NCBI RefSeq assembly: GCF_000006765.1
Contig: NC_002516.2
Length of the DNA stretch: 64,000 nucleotides
Origin: Pseudomonas aeruginosa PAO1
GTDB lineage: Bacteria > Pseudomonadota > Gammaproteobacteria > Pseudomonadales > Pseudomonadaceae
Reading direction: 5' to 3' (one strand)
Shown here: positions 39,989 to 50,469 of the stretch, one piece after another
How positions within the stretch are numbered: the stretch's first letter is position 1
How the letters are laid out: every line of letters starts with the position of its first letter
The notes under the pieces: generated by a model
The model's input: only the letters and a program-made list of their open reading frames with translations
The model's database searches: none
What the model was told of the DNA's origin: nothing
Program-made: the position numbers and the translations under genes

Positions 39989-39995
39989 CCTTGCG

Positions 39996-40820
39996 CTACT
40001 TGGCCCGGTAGATGATGCCCGGGCTGCACTGCACCATCTGGTAGTGGTCGGGCAGGTTGTTCAACGCCTCGGAGGCGCCGAGGAACAGGTAGCCGCCAGG
40101 CTTGAGCGTGCCATGGATGCGCAGCAGGATGTCGCGCTTCACCTCGGCGGAGAAATAGATCAGCACGTTGCGGCAGAACACCATGTCGAACTTGCCGAGG
40201 CTGGCGTAGCTGTCCAGCAGGTTCAGGGCACGGAACTCGACGCGGCTGCGGATCGCCGGCTTGACCGCCCAGCGCCCCGGTCCCTTGGCGTCGAAATAGC
40301 GTTGCAGACGCTCCGGGGACAGACCGCGGCCCATCGCCAGGGTGTCGTATTCGCCGGCCTTGGCGGCGGTGAGCATCGACCCCGACAGGTCGGTGGCGAC
40401 GATCTGCACGCCCGCCTTCAACTGCCCCAGGTTGGTCTTCTCGAACTCGTCGATGGCCATCGACAGCGAGTATGGCTCCTGGCCTGACGAACAGGCCGCC
40501 GACCAGATCCGCAGGCGCTGCCCGCCGTTGGCCTTGATCAGTTCGGGAAGAACCCGCTGCTTGAGCACCTCGAACGGGTAGGTATCGCGAAACCACAGGG
40601 TCTCGTTGGTGGTCATCGCGTCCACCACCATCTCGCGCAGGCCGCCGCGCTGGGTCTGGATGCGCTGCACCAGCTCTCCCAGGCTCTTGATGCCCTGCTG
40701 CTCCATCAGCTTGTTCAGCCGGCTCGAGACCAGGTACTGCTTGTTGCTGCCCAGCACAATGCCGCAGGTCTTCTCGAGGAAGACCCTGAACAACTCGAAA
40801 TCCGCATTAGCTGCCGACAC
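39996..40820 (-). CDS. cheR1: Chemotaxis methyltransferase CheR1
   Basis: TTNETLWFRD, WSAACSSGQEPYS and CRNVLIYF motifs; GTG start at 40820. Confidence 0.93.
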   Translation of the reverse strand: MSAANADFELFRVFLEKTCGIVLGSNKQYLVSSRLNKLMEQQGIKSLGELVQRIQTQRGGLREMVVDAMTTNETLWFRDTYPFEVLKQRVLPELIKANGGQRLRIWSAACSSGQEPYSLSMAIDEFEKTNLGQLKAGVQIVATDLSGSMLTAAKAGEYDTLAMGRGLSPERLQRYFDAKGPGRWAVKPAIRSRVEFRALNLLDSYASLGKFDMVFCRNVLIYFSAEVKRDILLRIHGTLKPGGYLFLGASEALNNLPDHYQMVQCSPGIIYRAK

Positions 40821-40839
40821 GCATAAGCCTCTTCGCCCT

Positions 40840-40866
40840 GGGCGACCGGAACGCAGCCGGTCGCCC
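40840..40866 (-). repeat. Intercistronic hairpin GGGCGACCGG-N7-CCGGTCGCCC between cheV and cheR1
   Basis: Perfect 10-bp stem. Confidence 0.6.
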
Positions 40867-40896
40867 GTATTCACATTGTTGTCGAGGGCCGATCGC

Positions 40897-41829
40897 TCAG
40901 CCCGCGTCCACCGCCTTGATCCGCTCCACCACCCGCGCCGCCAGATCGTCCGGACGGAACTTGGCGAGGAAGTCGTCCGCACCGACCTTCTTCACCATCG
41001 CCTGGTTGAAGACCCCGGACAACGAAGTATGCAAGAGAATGTGCAGTTTCTGCAGGCGGGGATCGCTACGGATTTCCGCCGTCAGGGTATAACCGTCCAT
41101 TTCCGGCATTTCGATGTCGGAGATCAGCATCAGCAGCTCGTCTTCCGGACGCCGTCCCTCGGAGAGCATGTTCTGCAGGTACTCCAGGGCCTGGCGCCCG
41201 TCGTTGAGCGCGGTCATTTCCACGCCGACCGCCTCCAGGCAACGGATTACCTGCTTGCGCGCCACCGACGAATCGTCCACCACCAGCACCCGCTTGGTCA
41301 CCGCGCGGCTCTGGGTCTCGGCGTCCACCACTCCGTGGGACACTTCCTCGGACGTCGGTGCGACCTCCGCGAGCACTTTTTCCACGTCGATGATTTCCAC
41401 CAACTGCTTGTCCACCCGGGTCACCGCGGTCAGGTAATGCTCGCGGCCGGCGCCCTTGGGTGGCGGATGGATCTCTTCCCAGTTCATGTTGACGATGCGC
41501 TCCACCGAGCGCACCAGGAAGCCCTGCACCTTGGTGTTGTACTCGGTGATGATCGCGAAGCTGTTGGTCAGGTCCTGCAACCCGCGGCGGCCGGTGGCCA
41601 GCGCCAGGTCGAGGATCGGAATGGTGCCTCCGCGGATGTTCGCCACCCCGCGCACCACCGGGCTGGACTTGGGCATCACCGTCAGGCGCGGGCACTGCAA
41701 CACCTCTTTCACCTTGAACACGTTGATGCCGTAGAGCTGGTTGCCGTCCAGGCGGAACAGAAGCAGCTCCAGACGGTTCTGTCCGACCAACTGCGTACGC
41801 TGGTTGACTGAATCCAAAACACCGGCCAT
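40897..41829 (-). CDS. cheV: CheV (CheW-REC hybrid)
   Basis: YGINVFKVKEV CheW domain; C-terminal SDIEMPEMDG receiver domain. Confidence 0.92.
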   Translation of the reverse strand: MAGVLDSVNQRTQLVGQNRLELLLFRLDGNQLYGINVFKVKEVLQCPRLTVMPKSSPVVRGVANIRGGTIPILDLALATGRRGLQDLTNSFAIITEYNTKVQGFLVRSVERIVNMNWEEIHPPPKGAGREHYLTAVTRVDKQLVEIIDVEKVLAEVAPTSEEVSHGVVDAETQSRAVTKRVLVVDDSSVARKQVIRCLEAVGVEMTALNDGRQALEYLQNMLSEGRRPEDELLMLISDIEMPEMDGYTLTAEIRSDPRLQKLHILLHTSLSGVFNQAMVKKVGADDFLAKFRPDDLAARVVERIKAVDAG

Positions 41830-41861
41830 TGGCGCTCCCCTCAGACGGTCGTGCCGGACTC

Positions 41862-41877
41862 CGGCACGACCATTGCT
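41862..41877 (+). promoter_or_regulatory. sigma54 promoter candidate for flgA, CGGCAC-GACCA-TTGCT
   Basis: GG-N10-GC spacing; its -24 element lies in one arm of the 41847-41871 palindrome. Confidence 0.6.
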
Positions 41878-41888
41878 TAACCCGTTGC

Positions 41889-42659
41889 ATGAAACAGGCA
41901 ACGACAGTTTTTCGACGAATAATGGCATGTAGCCATACTTCTCTACGGTTTTTACCCGTTTTGCTCGGGCTCGGCTACCTGTGCGCGGCTAACAACAGCC
42001 AGGCCCAGGGTTTTACCGCTCCCGAGGTACTTATCGGCTCCACCCAGGGGTTTCTTGAATTCAAGGTAGAAGAATATCTGCAGAATAGCGGACTCGACGG
42101 GCGCTACCAGATTCAGGTCAATCGCGTCGACCCGCGCTTGCGCCTGGCCGAATGCGACAGGGACTTGACGCTCAGCCAGGAAAGTCCGGCACAACCGATC
42201 GGCAGGGTCACCGTGCGCATCAGTTGCGAAGGCAGTGCGCCCTGGACCATCTTCATGCCGGCGCAGGTGAAACTGTTCCGCCAGGTAGTGGTCGCGGTGC
42301 AGCCACTCAAGCGCGCGCACGTGCTGGAGGATGCCGACATCGCCCTGGTCGAGCGCGACGTCGGCCTGCTGACCCAGGGCTACCTGACCGATCCGGCCCG
42401 CGTCGTCGGGCAGAAGCTGCGCCGACCGGTGGTCAACGACCAGGTGCTGGCGCCGGTCTTCCTCGAGCAGGCCGAGGCCGTGCGCAAGGGCGACCAGGTG
42501 GTGATCCTCGCACGCACTGCCACCATCAACGTCAAGATGCCCGGCGAGGCGCTGTCCGATGGCGCCCCGGGCCAGCAGATCCGCGTGCGCAACCTGCGCT
42601 CGCAGCGGATAATCAAGGCCCGCGTGATAGAACCCGGCACGGTCGAGGTGAATATGTAG
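41889..42659 (+). CDS. flgA: Flagellar P-ring chaperone FlgA (start uncertain: 41889, 41922 or later)
   Basis: SAF domain; V.KGDQVVI, GEALSDG..GQQIRVRNLRS motifs. Confidence 0.88.
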   Translation: MKQATTVFRRIMACSHTSLRFLPVLLGLGYLCAANNSQAQGFTAPEVLIGSTQGFLEFKVEEYLQNSGLDGRYQIQVNRVDPRLRLAECDRDLTLSQESPAQPIGRVTVRISCEGSAPWTIFMPAQVKLFRQVVVAVQPLKRAHVLEDADIALVERDVGLLTQGYLTDPARVVGQKLRRPVVNDQVLAPVFLEQAEAVRKGDQVVILARTATINVKMPGEALSDGAPGQQIRVRNLRSQRIIKARVIEPGTVEVNM

Positions 42660-42710
42660 AGGGAAAGCCGTGGCCGGTAGCGCTGGCGCTACCCCGGCGG
42701 GTTTCTCTAA

Positions 42711-43127
<417 letters not shown>

Positions 43128-43181
43128 CCTCGAAGGACGCGCTGGAGGACATTGGACGCCGAATGAACTCCCGAGCCCGAG

Positions 43182-43652
43182 ATGCCTGACTCCCCTACCC
43201 TGCTCGATCTGTTCGCCGAGGATATCGGCCACGCCAACCAACTCCTGCAGTTGGTCGACGAAGAATTCCAGGCCCTGGAACGGCGCGAGCTGCCGGTTCT
43301 GCAACAGCTTCTCGGGGCCAAGCAGCCACTGATGCAGCAACTGGAGCGAAATGGCCGGGCCCGCGCGGAAATCCTCCGCGAAGCCGGCGTTTCCCTCGAC
43401 CGCGAAGGCCTTGCCCGCTATGCCCGCGAGCGCGCGGATGGCGCCGAGCTGCTGGCGCGCGGCGACGAACTGGGCGAACTGCTGGAGCGTTGCCAGCAGG
43501 CCAATCTGCGCAACGGGCGGATCATCCGCGCCAACCAGGCTTCCACCGGCAGCCTGCTGAACATCCTCCGCGGCCAGGACGCCCCGAGCCTGTACGACAG
43601 CCGCGGCGGCACCGCCTCGAGCAGCCGGCAACGTCCGCTCAGCCAGGCCTGA
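43182..43652 (+). CDS. flgN: Flagellar export chaperone FlgN
   Basis: Helical protein with CQQANLRNG motif, downstream of flgM. Confidence 0.88.
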   Translation: MPDSPTLLDLFAEDIGHANQLLQLVDEEFQALERRELPVLQQLLGAKQPLMQQLERNGRARAEILREAGVSLDREGLARYARERADGAELLARGDELGELLERCQQANLRNGRIIRANQASTGSLLNILRGQDAPSLYDSRGGTASSSRQRPLSQA

Positions 43653-43680
43653 ACCCGACCAGCACACGTATCAAGGCACA

Positions 43681-44472
43681 GTGCTATCATTGAGGCATTC
43701 GTGCCCCAGGAGAGCATTGAAGGTGCCCAACCCGTTCGTCGAAGAAGCGGGGCCGCAACCCCCGAAGGTGCTCAAGGCCCCCGTGGAAATCCAGGCCAAC
43801 CTGCGCCTGCTGCAGGATAGCCGCGACTCCCTGCTGATCACCTTTGCCGATCGCAACCAGCGCTTCCAGAGCTTCCTGGTGGACATCGACCGCGACCGCG
43901 GGATGGTCGCGCTGGACGAACTCATCCCCAACACCGGCGAACGTTTCCTGCAGAACGGCGAGGCGTTTCGCGTCGAAGCCTTCCACGAAGGCGTGCGTAT
44001 CGCCTGGGAATGCGAGCGCCCGGTGCAGTTCGGCGAACACGACGGCGTCCCCTGCTACTGGGCCGCCCTTCCCGCCGAAGTGCTCTACCACCAGCGCCGC
44101 AACGCCTACCGCGCCAGCATCAAGCAGAGCCAGCCGATCGCCGCGGAAATCGCCGGGGAAAAACTCCGCGCGCCGCTGAGCGGACAACTGCTGGATATCT
44201 CCGCCACCGGCGCCAAGCTGCGCTTCGCCGGCAATGTCGCCGAACGCCTGCATCCCGGCGAGATCTACGAAGACTTCAGCGCCCAGCTGCCACAGGGCGC
44301 GATCAGTAGCGCGATCGAACTGCGTCACGTGCGCTTCGACGAAAAGCTCGACGCGACCTTCGCCGGCGTCCGCTTCAGCGAGATGAGCGGCCTCGCCCAG
44401 CGTCAGGTGGATCGCTTCGTCTACCAGTTACAGCGCGAAGCGCGGCGCTTCGAGAAAGACGAACTGTTCTGA
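43681..44472 (+). CDS. flgZ: c-di-GMP-binding flagellar brake FlgZ (YcgR/PilZ)
   Basis: PilZ motifs QRRNAYR and DISATG. The start codon may be a few codons downstream. Confidence 0.88.
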   Translation: MLSLRHSCPRRALKVPNPFVEEAGPQPPKVLKAPVEIQANLRLLQDSRDSLLITFADRNQRFQSFLVDIDRDRGMVALDELIPNTGERFLQNGEAFRVEAFHEGVRIAWECERPVQFGEHDGVPCYWAALPAEVLYHQRRNAYRASIKQSQPIAAEIAGEKLRAPLSGQLLDISATGAKLRFAGNVAERLHPGEIYEDFSAQLPQGAISSAIELRHVRFDEKLDATFAGVRFSEMSGLAQRQVDRFVYQLQREARRFEKDELF

Positions 44473-44475
44473 GTT

Positions 44476-45087
44476 TCACAGGACCAGCCCCAGCGCCGCC
44501 AGGCGCGGCAGGTCCTCGGGACGGTCGACGTCCCAGAGCGCCGGCAACAGGTGATGCTCCCAGCCCAGTTGCCGGAGACGCTCGCAGGTGAGCGCCAGCA
44601 GGCGGTCTCCGCCCCAGGGCATCGACTCGAACAACAGCGGGTCGACCCGGGTCAGGCCGAGCAGCGCGTAGCCGCCCCGCTCCACCGGCCCCAGCACCGC
44701 CTGGTGGCGGCCCAGGGCGGTGCAGGCCGCTTCCAGGTAGTCGCCGTCCAGCACCGGGCAGTCGTGGCGAATCAGCAGTACCGCCTCGCTTTCCGCCAAC
44801 CCCAGCGCCGCGATACGCCGCATGCGCTCGCCGGGGTCGCCGGCCGGCTGGCTCATCAGGCTCCAGCCCAATGCCACCGCCAGCGCCTGCAGATCGCTGT
44901 CCAGATCGTCGTCGAACCAGAGGATGCGGGCGCTGAAACCGCGATCGGGCAGGCGCAGGGCGCGTTCCAGCAATACCCGCTGCAAGCGTCCCGCGCTCTC
45001 CTCGCCGATGGCCTGGGCGATCTTCGGCCGCCGCTGCCCGGGCGGCAGGTTGCGCACCATCAGGTGAAGGGAAAGCGTCGGACTCAT
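44476..45087 (-). CDS. DUF2064/TIGR04282-like nucleotide-diphospho-sugar transferase-fold protein
   Basis: GDPGERM, DCP, VLGP..GGY.LLG, MPWG and DVDRPED motifs. Confidence 0.7.
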   Translation of the reverse strand: MSPTLSLHLMVRNLPPGQRRPKIAQAIGEESAGRLQRVLLERALRLPDRGFSARILWFDDDLDSDLQALAVALGWSLMSQPAGDPGERMRRIAALGLAESEAVLLIRHDCPVLDGDYLEAACTALGRHQAVLGPVERGGYALLGLTRVDPLLFESMPWGGDRLLALTCERLRQLGWEHHLLPALWDVDRPEDLPRLAALGLVL

Positions 45088-45128
45088 CGCAACCTCTCCT
45101 GCCTATCGGCTCCCGCGGCGAGCGGAGT

Positions 45129-46433
45129 TCAGTTCTGCGTCGCACCGTCGGCCTGCGGCGCGTCGGGCTCGCCATCGACCATCTGCTCCTGCACCGCCTG
45201 TTCGTCTACCCGCGGATCGAGCGCCGCGACCAGCGGGGAGCTGGTCATGTTGTCCGGGGTCGGCACGTGGTGCAGCGGCGCGTCGTCGACCCGGTGCAGG
45301 CCGCTGACCTTCTCCGGATGGACCCGCCAGACCAGGATCAGCGCGCAGGCGCTGACGAACGCATATAGCATGTTAGCGCCAAACAGCCGCATCAGCGCGC
45401 CGGCCGCCAGCGGCCCGATGCAGGCGCCGACGCCGAAGGTCACCAGCAGCATGGCCGTTAGCGAAACCCGTCGCTCGGTCTCCACGTGGTCGTTGGAAAA
45501 GGCCACTGCCAGCGGATAGAGGGTGAACTGCAACATGCTCGCGGCGATTCCCAGGGCCAGCAGCAACGCCAGCGGCATCTGTTGCAACAATGCCAGCGGC
45601 AAGGCGAACAGGCACAGCAGGATGGCGCAGGCGCGGATCAGCCAGGCGCGGTCGCGACGGTCGGACAGCCAGCCGAGCGGCCACTGCACCAGCAGCCCGG
45701 CGAAGATGCAGGCGCCCATGTACAGGCCGACCTGCTCGTTGGGCAACCCCAACTGGTTGGCATACAGCGGCGCCAGGCCATAGAAGGAGCCGACCACCAG
45801 CCCCGAGACCAATACGGTGGTCAGCGACTGCGGCACCCGGCGGATGAAGAAGCGTGGTTCGAGCGGCGCCGGGCGCAGCGCTGCGGGGTGGATCTTGTGG
45901 GTCAGGGCCAGCGGCACCAGGCACAGGGCGAAACAGAAGGCCACCAGCATCAGCAACTCCGGCCCCAGTTGCGGATGCGCCACCAGGATCATCTGGCCCA
46001 GCACCAGGCCCAGGTAGGAAGCCGCCATGTAGCCGCCGAACACCGCGCCGCGCTGGCTGGCATCGGCCTGCTCGTTGAGCCAGCTCTCGATCACCATGTA
46101 CTGGCACATCAGGCCCAGGCCCATCACCATGCGCAAGGCGATCCAGGCCGGCAGCCAGGGCAGCAGGCCATGGCCGAGGACCGCGGCGGTGACCACCCCG
46201 GCGCAGGCGACGTAGGCGCGGATGTGGCCGACCCGAGCGATCAGCCGGTGACCGACCTTGCCGCCCAGCACCAGGCCGAAGTAGTTGGCTGCCATCAGCG
46301 CGCCGACCCACAGGCCGTCGACCTTGTCCGCCGCCAGGCGCAGCGCCAGGTAGGTGCTGAGCAGGCCGGAGCCGGTGAGCATCAGCAGGGTAGCGAAATA
46401 GAGAGCGCGAAAAGAGAAGAAAATCCGCCGCAT
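45129..46433 (-). CDS. MFS transporter (YcaD-like)
   Basis: About 12 TM segments; ESWLN and GWLSDRRDR motifs. Confidence 0.85.
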   Translation of the reverse strand: MRRIFFSFRALYFATLLMLTGSGLLSTYLALRLAADKVDGLWVGALMAANYFGLVLGGKVGHRLIARVGHIRAYVACAGVVTAAVLGHGLLPWLPAWIALRMVMGLGLMCQYMVIESWLNEQADASQRGAVFGGYMAASYLGLVLGQMILVAHPQLGPELLMLVAFCFALCLVPLALTHKIHPAALRPAPLEPRFFIRRVPQSLTTVLVSGLVVGSFYGLAPLYANQLGLPNEQVGLYMGACIFAGLLVQWPLGWLSDRRDRAWLIRACAILLCLFALPLALLQQMPLALLLALGIAASMLQFTLYPLAVAFSNDHVETERRVSLTAMLLVTFGVGACIGPLAAGALMRLFGANMLYAFVSACALILVWRVHPEKVSGLHRVDDAPLHHVPTPDNMTSSPLVAALDPRVDEQAVQEQMVDGEPDAPQADGATQN

Positions 46434-46616
46434 CGGACCTCCGGTCCCGTACAAGGGAGCCGGCGCCGCTCGCGGACTGCCCGGCTCGCACAGCGTTGGA
46501 GTCCCGGGGAGGCCCCCGGGACAGGACGCAGGATGCCGAAGCCGGCACCCGACACCACGACCCTGCCGCCGCGAGGCGGCAGGGGTGACACAGGGCTAGG
46601 AAAGTACCACGGTGGA

Positions 46617-47960
46617 TCAGGCCTGGGCTGCCAGGACGCGACGTTCCCAGGGGCTGATCTCGTCGAAGAAGCTGGTCAGCTCCATGCTCTTGGTCGCCAC
46701 GTAGCCTTCGACGAACTCGCTGCCGAACAGTTCGCGCGCCAGCGCGCTGCCTTTCAGGCGCCGCAGGGCGTCGTACATGGTGCAAGGCAGGGTCAACTCC
46801 TCCGGTACCTCGAACTCACCCTGGATCGCCGGGCTCGGCTCCAGTTCGTGCTCCAGGCCGTAGAGACCGGCGGCCAGGCTGGCGGTGATGGCCAGGTAAG
46901 GGTTGGCGTCGGCGCCCGGCAGGCGATTCTCGACGCGCCGCGCGGAGGCTCCGCTGGCCGGGATGCGTAGGCCGGCGGCGCGGTTGTCGTGGGACCAGCA
47001 GGCGTTGTTCGGCGAAGCGTAGGGATGGCAGAGGCGCTGGAAGGAGTTCACATGCGGCGCGAAGAAGGGCGTGAAGTCCGCCAGGCAGGCCTGCTGGCCG
47101 CCGATGAAGTGGCGGAACGCGGCGGAAGGCTCGCCATCGGCTTCGCTGAAGATGTTTCGCCCGCCGTCCAGTTCGACGATGCTCTGGTGGATGTGCATCG
47201 AGCTGCCCGGCGTCTTCGCCAGCGGCTTGGCCATGCACACCACGATCAGGCCGTGCTTGAGCGCGACCTCCTTGAGCAGGTGCTTGAACAGGAAGGTCTG
47301 GTCGGCCAGCAGGACCGGGTCGCCATGCAGGAAGTTGATCTCGAACTGGCTGGTGCCCATCTCGTGCATGAAGGTGTCGCGCACCAGGCCCAGCGCATCC
47401 ATGCAGCGGTAGACGTCCTCGAAGAACGGCCGCAGGCCGTTGTTGGAAGACACGCTGAAGGCCGAATAGCCCAGCTCGCGCCGGCCATCCGGCCCCAGCG
47501 GGGCCTGGAACGGCTCGTTGGGATCGGTGTTCGGGGCGAAGACGAAGAACTCCAGTTCGGTGGCCACCACCGGTTGCAAGCCGTGGGCGGCGTAGCGCGC
47601 CACCACCTGCTTGAGCAGGCCGCGGGTGGACAGCCCGGACGGCGTGCCATCCAGTTCCTGCGCATCGCAGATGGCGAAGGCGCGCGGAGTGTTGCTCCAG
47701 GGCAGGCGATGGACCTGGGTCGGCTCGGCGACCAGCGCCAGGTCGCCATCGTCGCTGCCATAGAAACGCGCCGGCGGGTAGCCGCCCATGATGCATTGCA
47801 GCAGCACGCCACGGGCGAGCTGCAGGCGCCGGCCGCTGAGGAAGCCCTCGCCGGTCATCACCTTGCCGCGCGGCACCCCGTTGAGGTCGGGGGTGACGCA
47901 TTCGATTTCTTCAACTCCAGCCAGCCGTTCGGCGAGTGAGCCTTGGCCTTCGATAGTCAT
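46617..47960 (-). CDS. pauA5: Glutamine synthetase-like gamma-glutamyl-polyamine synthetase
   Basis: [22 protein letters not shown] and [14 protein letters not shown] motifs. Confidence 0.82.
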   Translation of the reverse strand: MTIEGQGSLAERLAGVEEIECVTPDLNGVPRGKVMTGEGFLSGRRLQLARGVLLQCIMGGYPPARFYGSDDGDLALVAEPTQVHRLPWSNTPRAFAICDAQELDGTPSGLSTRGLLKQVVARYAAHGLQPVVATELEFFVFAPNTDPNEPFQAPLGPDGRRELGYSAFSVSSNNGLRPFFEDVYRCMDALGLVRDTFMHEMGTSQFEINFLHGDPVLLADQTFLFKHLLKEVALKHGLIVVCMAKPLAKTPGSSMHIHQSIVELDGGRNIFSEADGEPSAAFRHFIGGQQACLADFTPFFAPHVNSFQRLCHPYASPNNACWSHDNRAAGLRIPASGASARRVENRLPGADANPYLAITASLAAGLYGLEHELEPSPAIQGEFEVPEELTLPCTMYDALRRLKGSALARELFGSEFVEGYVATKSMELTSFFDEISPWERRVLAAQA

Positions 47961-48183
47961 GACTTCTTATCCTTGTTGGTATCGCGGATGCCGCACCGGG
48001 CGGCGGCCGCGTACAAAATACGCATCGCTTGTTCAAGATATCAAGCATGCGGCACATTCTCGCGTGTGCAAAGCCTTTCGCCGCAGAGGCGTTCTGCCTT
48101 GCCTGCCGGGTACGAGGAAAAACGCCGGCCAGGCGTATATCCTCTGTGCCTTCGCCGCCCTACCCGCCACAGGAGTACTGCCG

Positions 48184-49530
48184 TTGATTCTCGGAACACC
48201 CAAGGCCGACTGGCTCGCCGAATTCCCGCGCCTGGCCGACCTCATCGCCCTGCGTCCGAGCGAGTGGTTCAACCCGGCCATCGCGCCGAGCGCCGAAGCC
48301 CTGGCCGACGTCGGCCTCGGCGCCGCCGACGTGGCCGACGCCAGCGCCCGCCTGCAGCGCTTCGCCCCGCTGATCGCCCGGCTGTTTCCGGAAACCGCCG
48401 CCAGCGGCGGCATCATCGAGTCCGACCTGGTCGAGGTCGCCACCTTCCACGATGCCCTGCGCCAGCATTACGCCGCCGAACTGCCCGGCCGGCTCTGGCT
48501 GAAACGCGATAGCCACCTGCCGATCTCCGGCTCGATCAAGGCCCGCGGCGGCATCTATGAAGTGCTCGCCCATGCCGAGCGCCTGGCCCTGGAGCACGGC
48601 CTGGTCGGCCTCGACGACGACTACTCGCGGCTGGCCGAGGCGGATTGCCGGGCATTCTTCGCCCGCCACCGGATAGCGGTGGGCTCCACCGGCAACCTGG
48701 GCCTTTCCATCGGCATCATCGGCGCCGCGCTGGGCTTCCAGGCCAGCGTGCACATGTCCGCCGACGCCCGCCAGTGGAAGAAGGACAAGCTGCGCGCCCA
48801 CGGCGTGACGGTGGTGGAGTACGCCTCCGACTACAGTGTCGCGGTGGAACAGGGCCGCCGCGAAGCGGCCGGCGATCCCTACACCCATTTCGTCGACGAC
48901 GAAAACTCCCGCGACCTGTTCCTCGGCTACGCCGTCGCCGCCGAGCGACTGCGCGGCCAGTTGGACGCCGCCGGCATCCGCGTCGACAGCGAGCACCCGC
49001 TGTTCGTCCATCTGCCCTGCGGGGTCGGCGGCGGTCCCGGCGGGGTGGCCTTCGGCCTCAAGCTGGCGTTCGGCGACGCGGTGCACTGCCTGTTCGCCGA
49101 GCCGACCCATTCGCCCTGCATGTTCCTCGGCGTCTATACCGGCCGCCACGAGCAGGTTTCGGTGCAGGACTTCGGCATCGACAACCGCACCGCCGCCGAT
49201 GGCCTGGCGGTGGGGCGTCCGTCGGGCTTCGTCGGCCGCGCCATGCAGCGCCTGCTCGACGGCTACTACACGGTGGACGACGACGAGTTGTTCCGCCTGC
49301 TCGCCTTGCTCGAGCGCAGCCAGGGCATCCGCCTGGAACCCTCGGCCCTGGCCGGCGCGACGGGCATCGCCCGGGTCACCCGTGAGCCGCAGGGCTATCG
49401 CGAACGCATGGGGCTGACCTCGGCGCGCCTGGCCAATGCTACCCACCTGGTCTGGGCCACCGGCGGCGGCATGGTGCCCGAGACGGAAATGCGCGCCTAC
49501 CTGGAGCGAGGCCGCTCGCTGCTGGACTGA
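48184..49530 (+). CDS. dsdA: D-serine ammonia-lyase
   Basis: [12 protein letters not shown] lysine, [16 protein letters not shown] and LEPSA motifs; AGGAG RBS before TTG 48184. Confidence 0.92.
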   Translation: MILGTPKADWLAEFPRLADLIALRPSEWFNPAIAPSAEALADVGLGAADVADASARLQRFAPLIARLFPETAASGGIIESDLVEVATFHDALRQHYAAELPGRLWLKRDSHLPISGSIKARGGIYEVLAHAERLALEHGLVGLDDDYSRLAEADCRAFFARHRIAVGSTGNLGLSIGIIGAALGFQASVHMSADARQWKKDKLRAHGVTVVEYASDYSVAVEQGRREAAGDPYTHFVDDENSRDLFLGYAVAAERLRGQLDAAGIRVDSEHPLFVHLPCGVGGGPGGVAFGLKLAFGDAVHCLFAEPTHSPCMFLGVYTGRHEQVSVQDFGIDNRTAADGLAVGRPSGFVGRAMQRLLDGYYTVDDDELFRLLALLERSQGIRLEPSALAGATGIARVTREPQGYRERMGLTSARLANATHLVWATGGGMVPETEMRAYLERGRSLLD

Positions 49531-49586
49531 CACCGACACGCGCGGGGCGCCACGACCGTCCCGCCACCTCCCGACGAGGACCTTGC

Positions 49587-50465
49587 ATGCGCACACCCGC
49601 CTGGCTCGGCAGCGGCATGCCGCTGCTCTTCGTGCTGCTCTGGAGCACTGGATTCCTCGGCGCCAAGTTCGGCCTGCCGTACGCCGAGCCCTTCACCTTC
49701 CTGGCCATCCGCCTGCTCCTCGCGGCCGCCCTGCTGGCCGCCTTCGCCCTGCTCAGCGGTGCACCCTGGCCGGGCTCGGCACGGCTGGCCGGGCATGTCG
49801 CGGTCGCCGGCCTGCTGGTCCATGGCCTGTACCTGGGCGGGGTGTTCCTCGCCATCGAGCACGGCATGTCGGCCGGCCTGACCTCCCTGTTGGTCGGCCT
49901 GCAACCGCTGGCTACCGCGGCCCTGGCCGGCATCTGGCTCGGCGAGCAGGTCAGCCGCCGGCAATGGCTGGGACTGGCGCTCGGCCTGGCTGGCGTAGCC
50001 CTGGTGGTACTCGGCCGCATCCACGGTGGCGCCGACGGCCTGGCCTGGGCCGCGGTGCTGGTGGCACTGGCGGCGATCACCTGCGGCACGCTGTACCAGA
50101 AGCGCTTCTGCGGCGGCATGGACCTGCGCACCGGCGGCGTCGTCCAGTACCTGGCCAGCGGCGCCCTGCTCGGCCTCGCCGCCCTGCTTTTCGAAAGCCG
50201 CGAGGTGCAGTGGAGCACGCCGTTCGTGCTGACCCTCGGCTGGCTGGTGCTGGGACTCTCGTTCGGCGCCGTCGGCCTGCTCTACACGCTGATCCGGCAT
50301 GGCGCCGCGTCGAAGGTGGCGAGCCTTTTCTACCTGGTGCCGCCAGTGACCGCGCTGGCCTCCTGGCTGCTGTTCGACGAGCGCCTGGCGCCGGCGGCGA
50401 TCGGCGGCATGCTGCTGGTGATGCTCGGCGTCGCGCTGGTCAACTGGCCGGGCCGGCGCGCCTGA
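49587..50465 (+). CDS. EamA/DMT family transporter
   Basis: About 10 TM segments, two EamA repeats. Confidence 0.88.
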   Translation: MRTPAWLGSGMPLLFVLLWSTGFLGAKFGLPYAEPFTFLAIRLLLAAALLAAFALLSGAPWPGSARLAGHVAVAGLLVHGLYLGGVFLAIEHGMSAGLTSLLVGLQPLATAALAGIWLGEQVSRRQWLGLALGLAGVALVVLGRIHGGADGLAWAAVLVALAAITCGTLYQKRFCGGMDLRTGGVVQYLASGALLGLAALLFESREVQWSTPFVLTLGWLVLGLSFGAVGLLYTLIRHGAASKVASLFYLVPPVTALASWLLFDERLAPAAIGGMLLVMLGVALVNWPGRRA

Positions 50466-50469
50466 GGCC

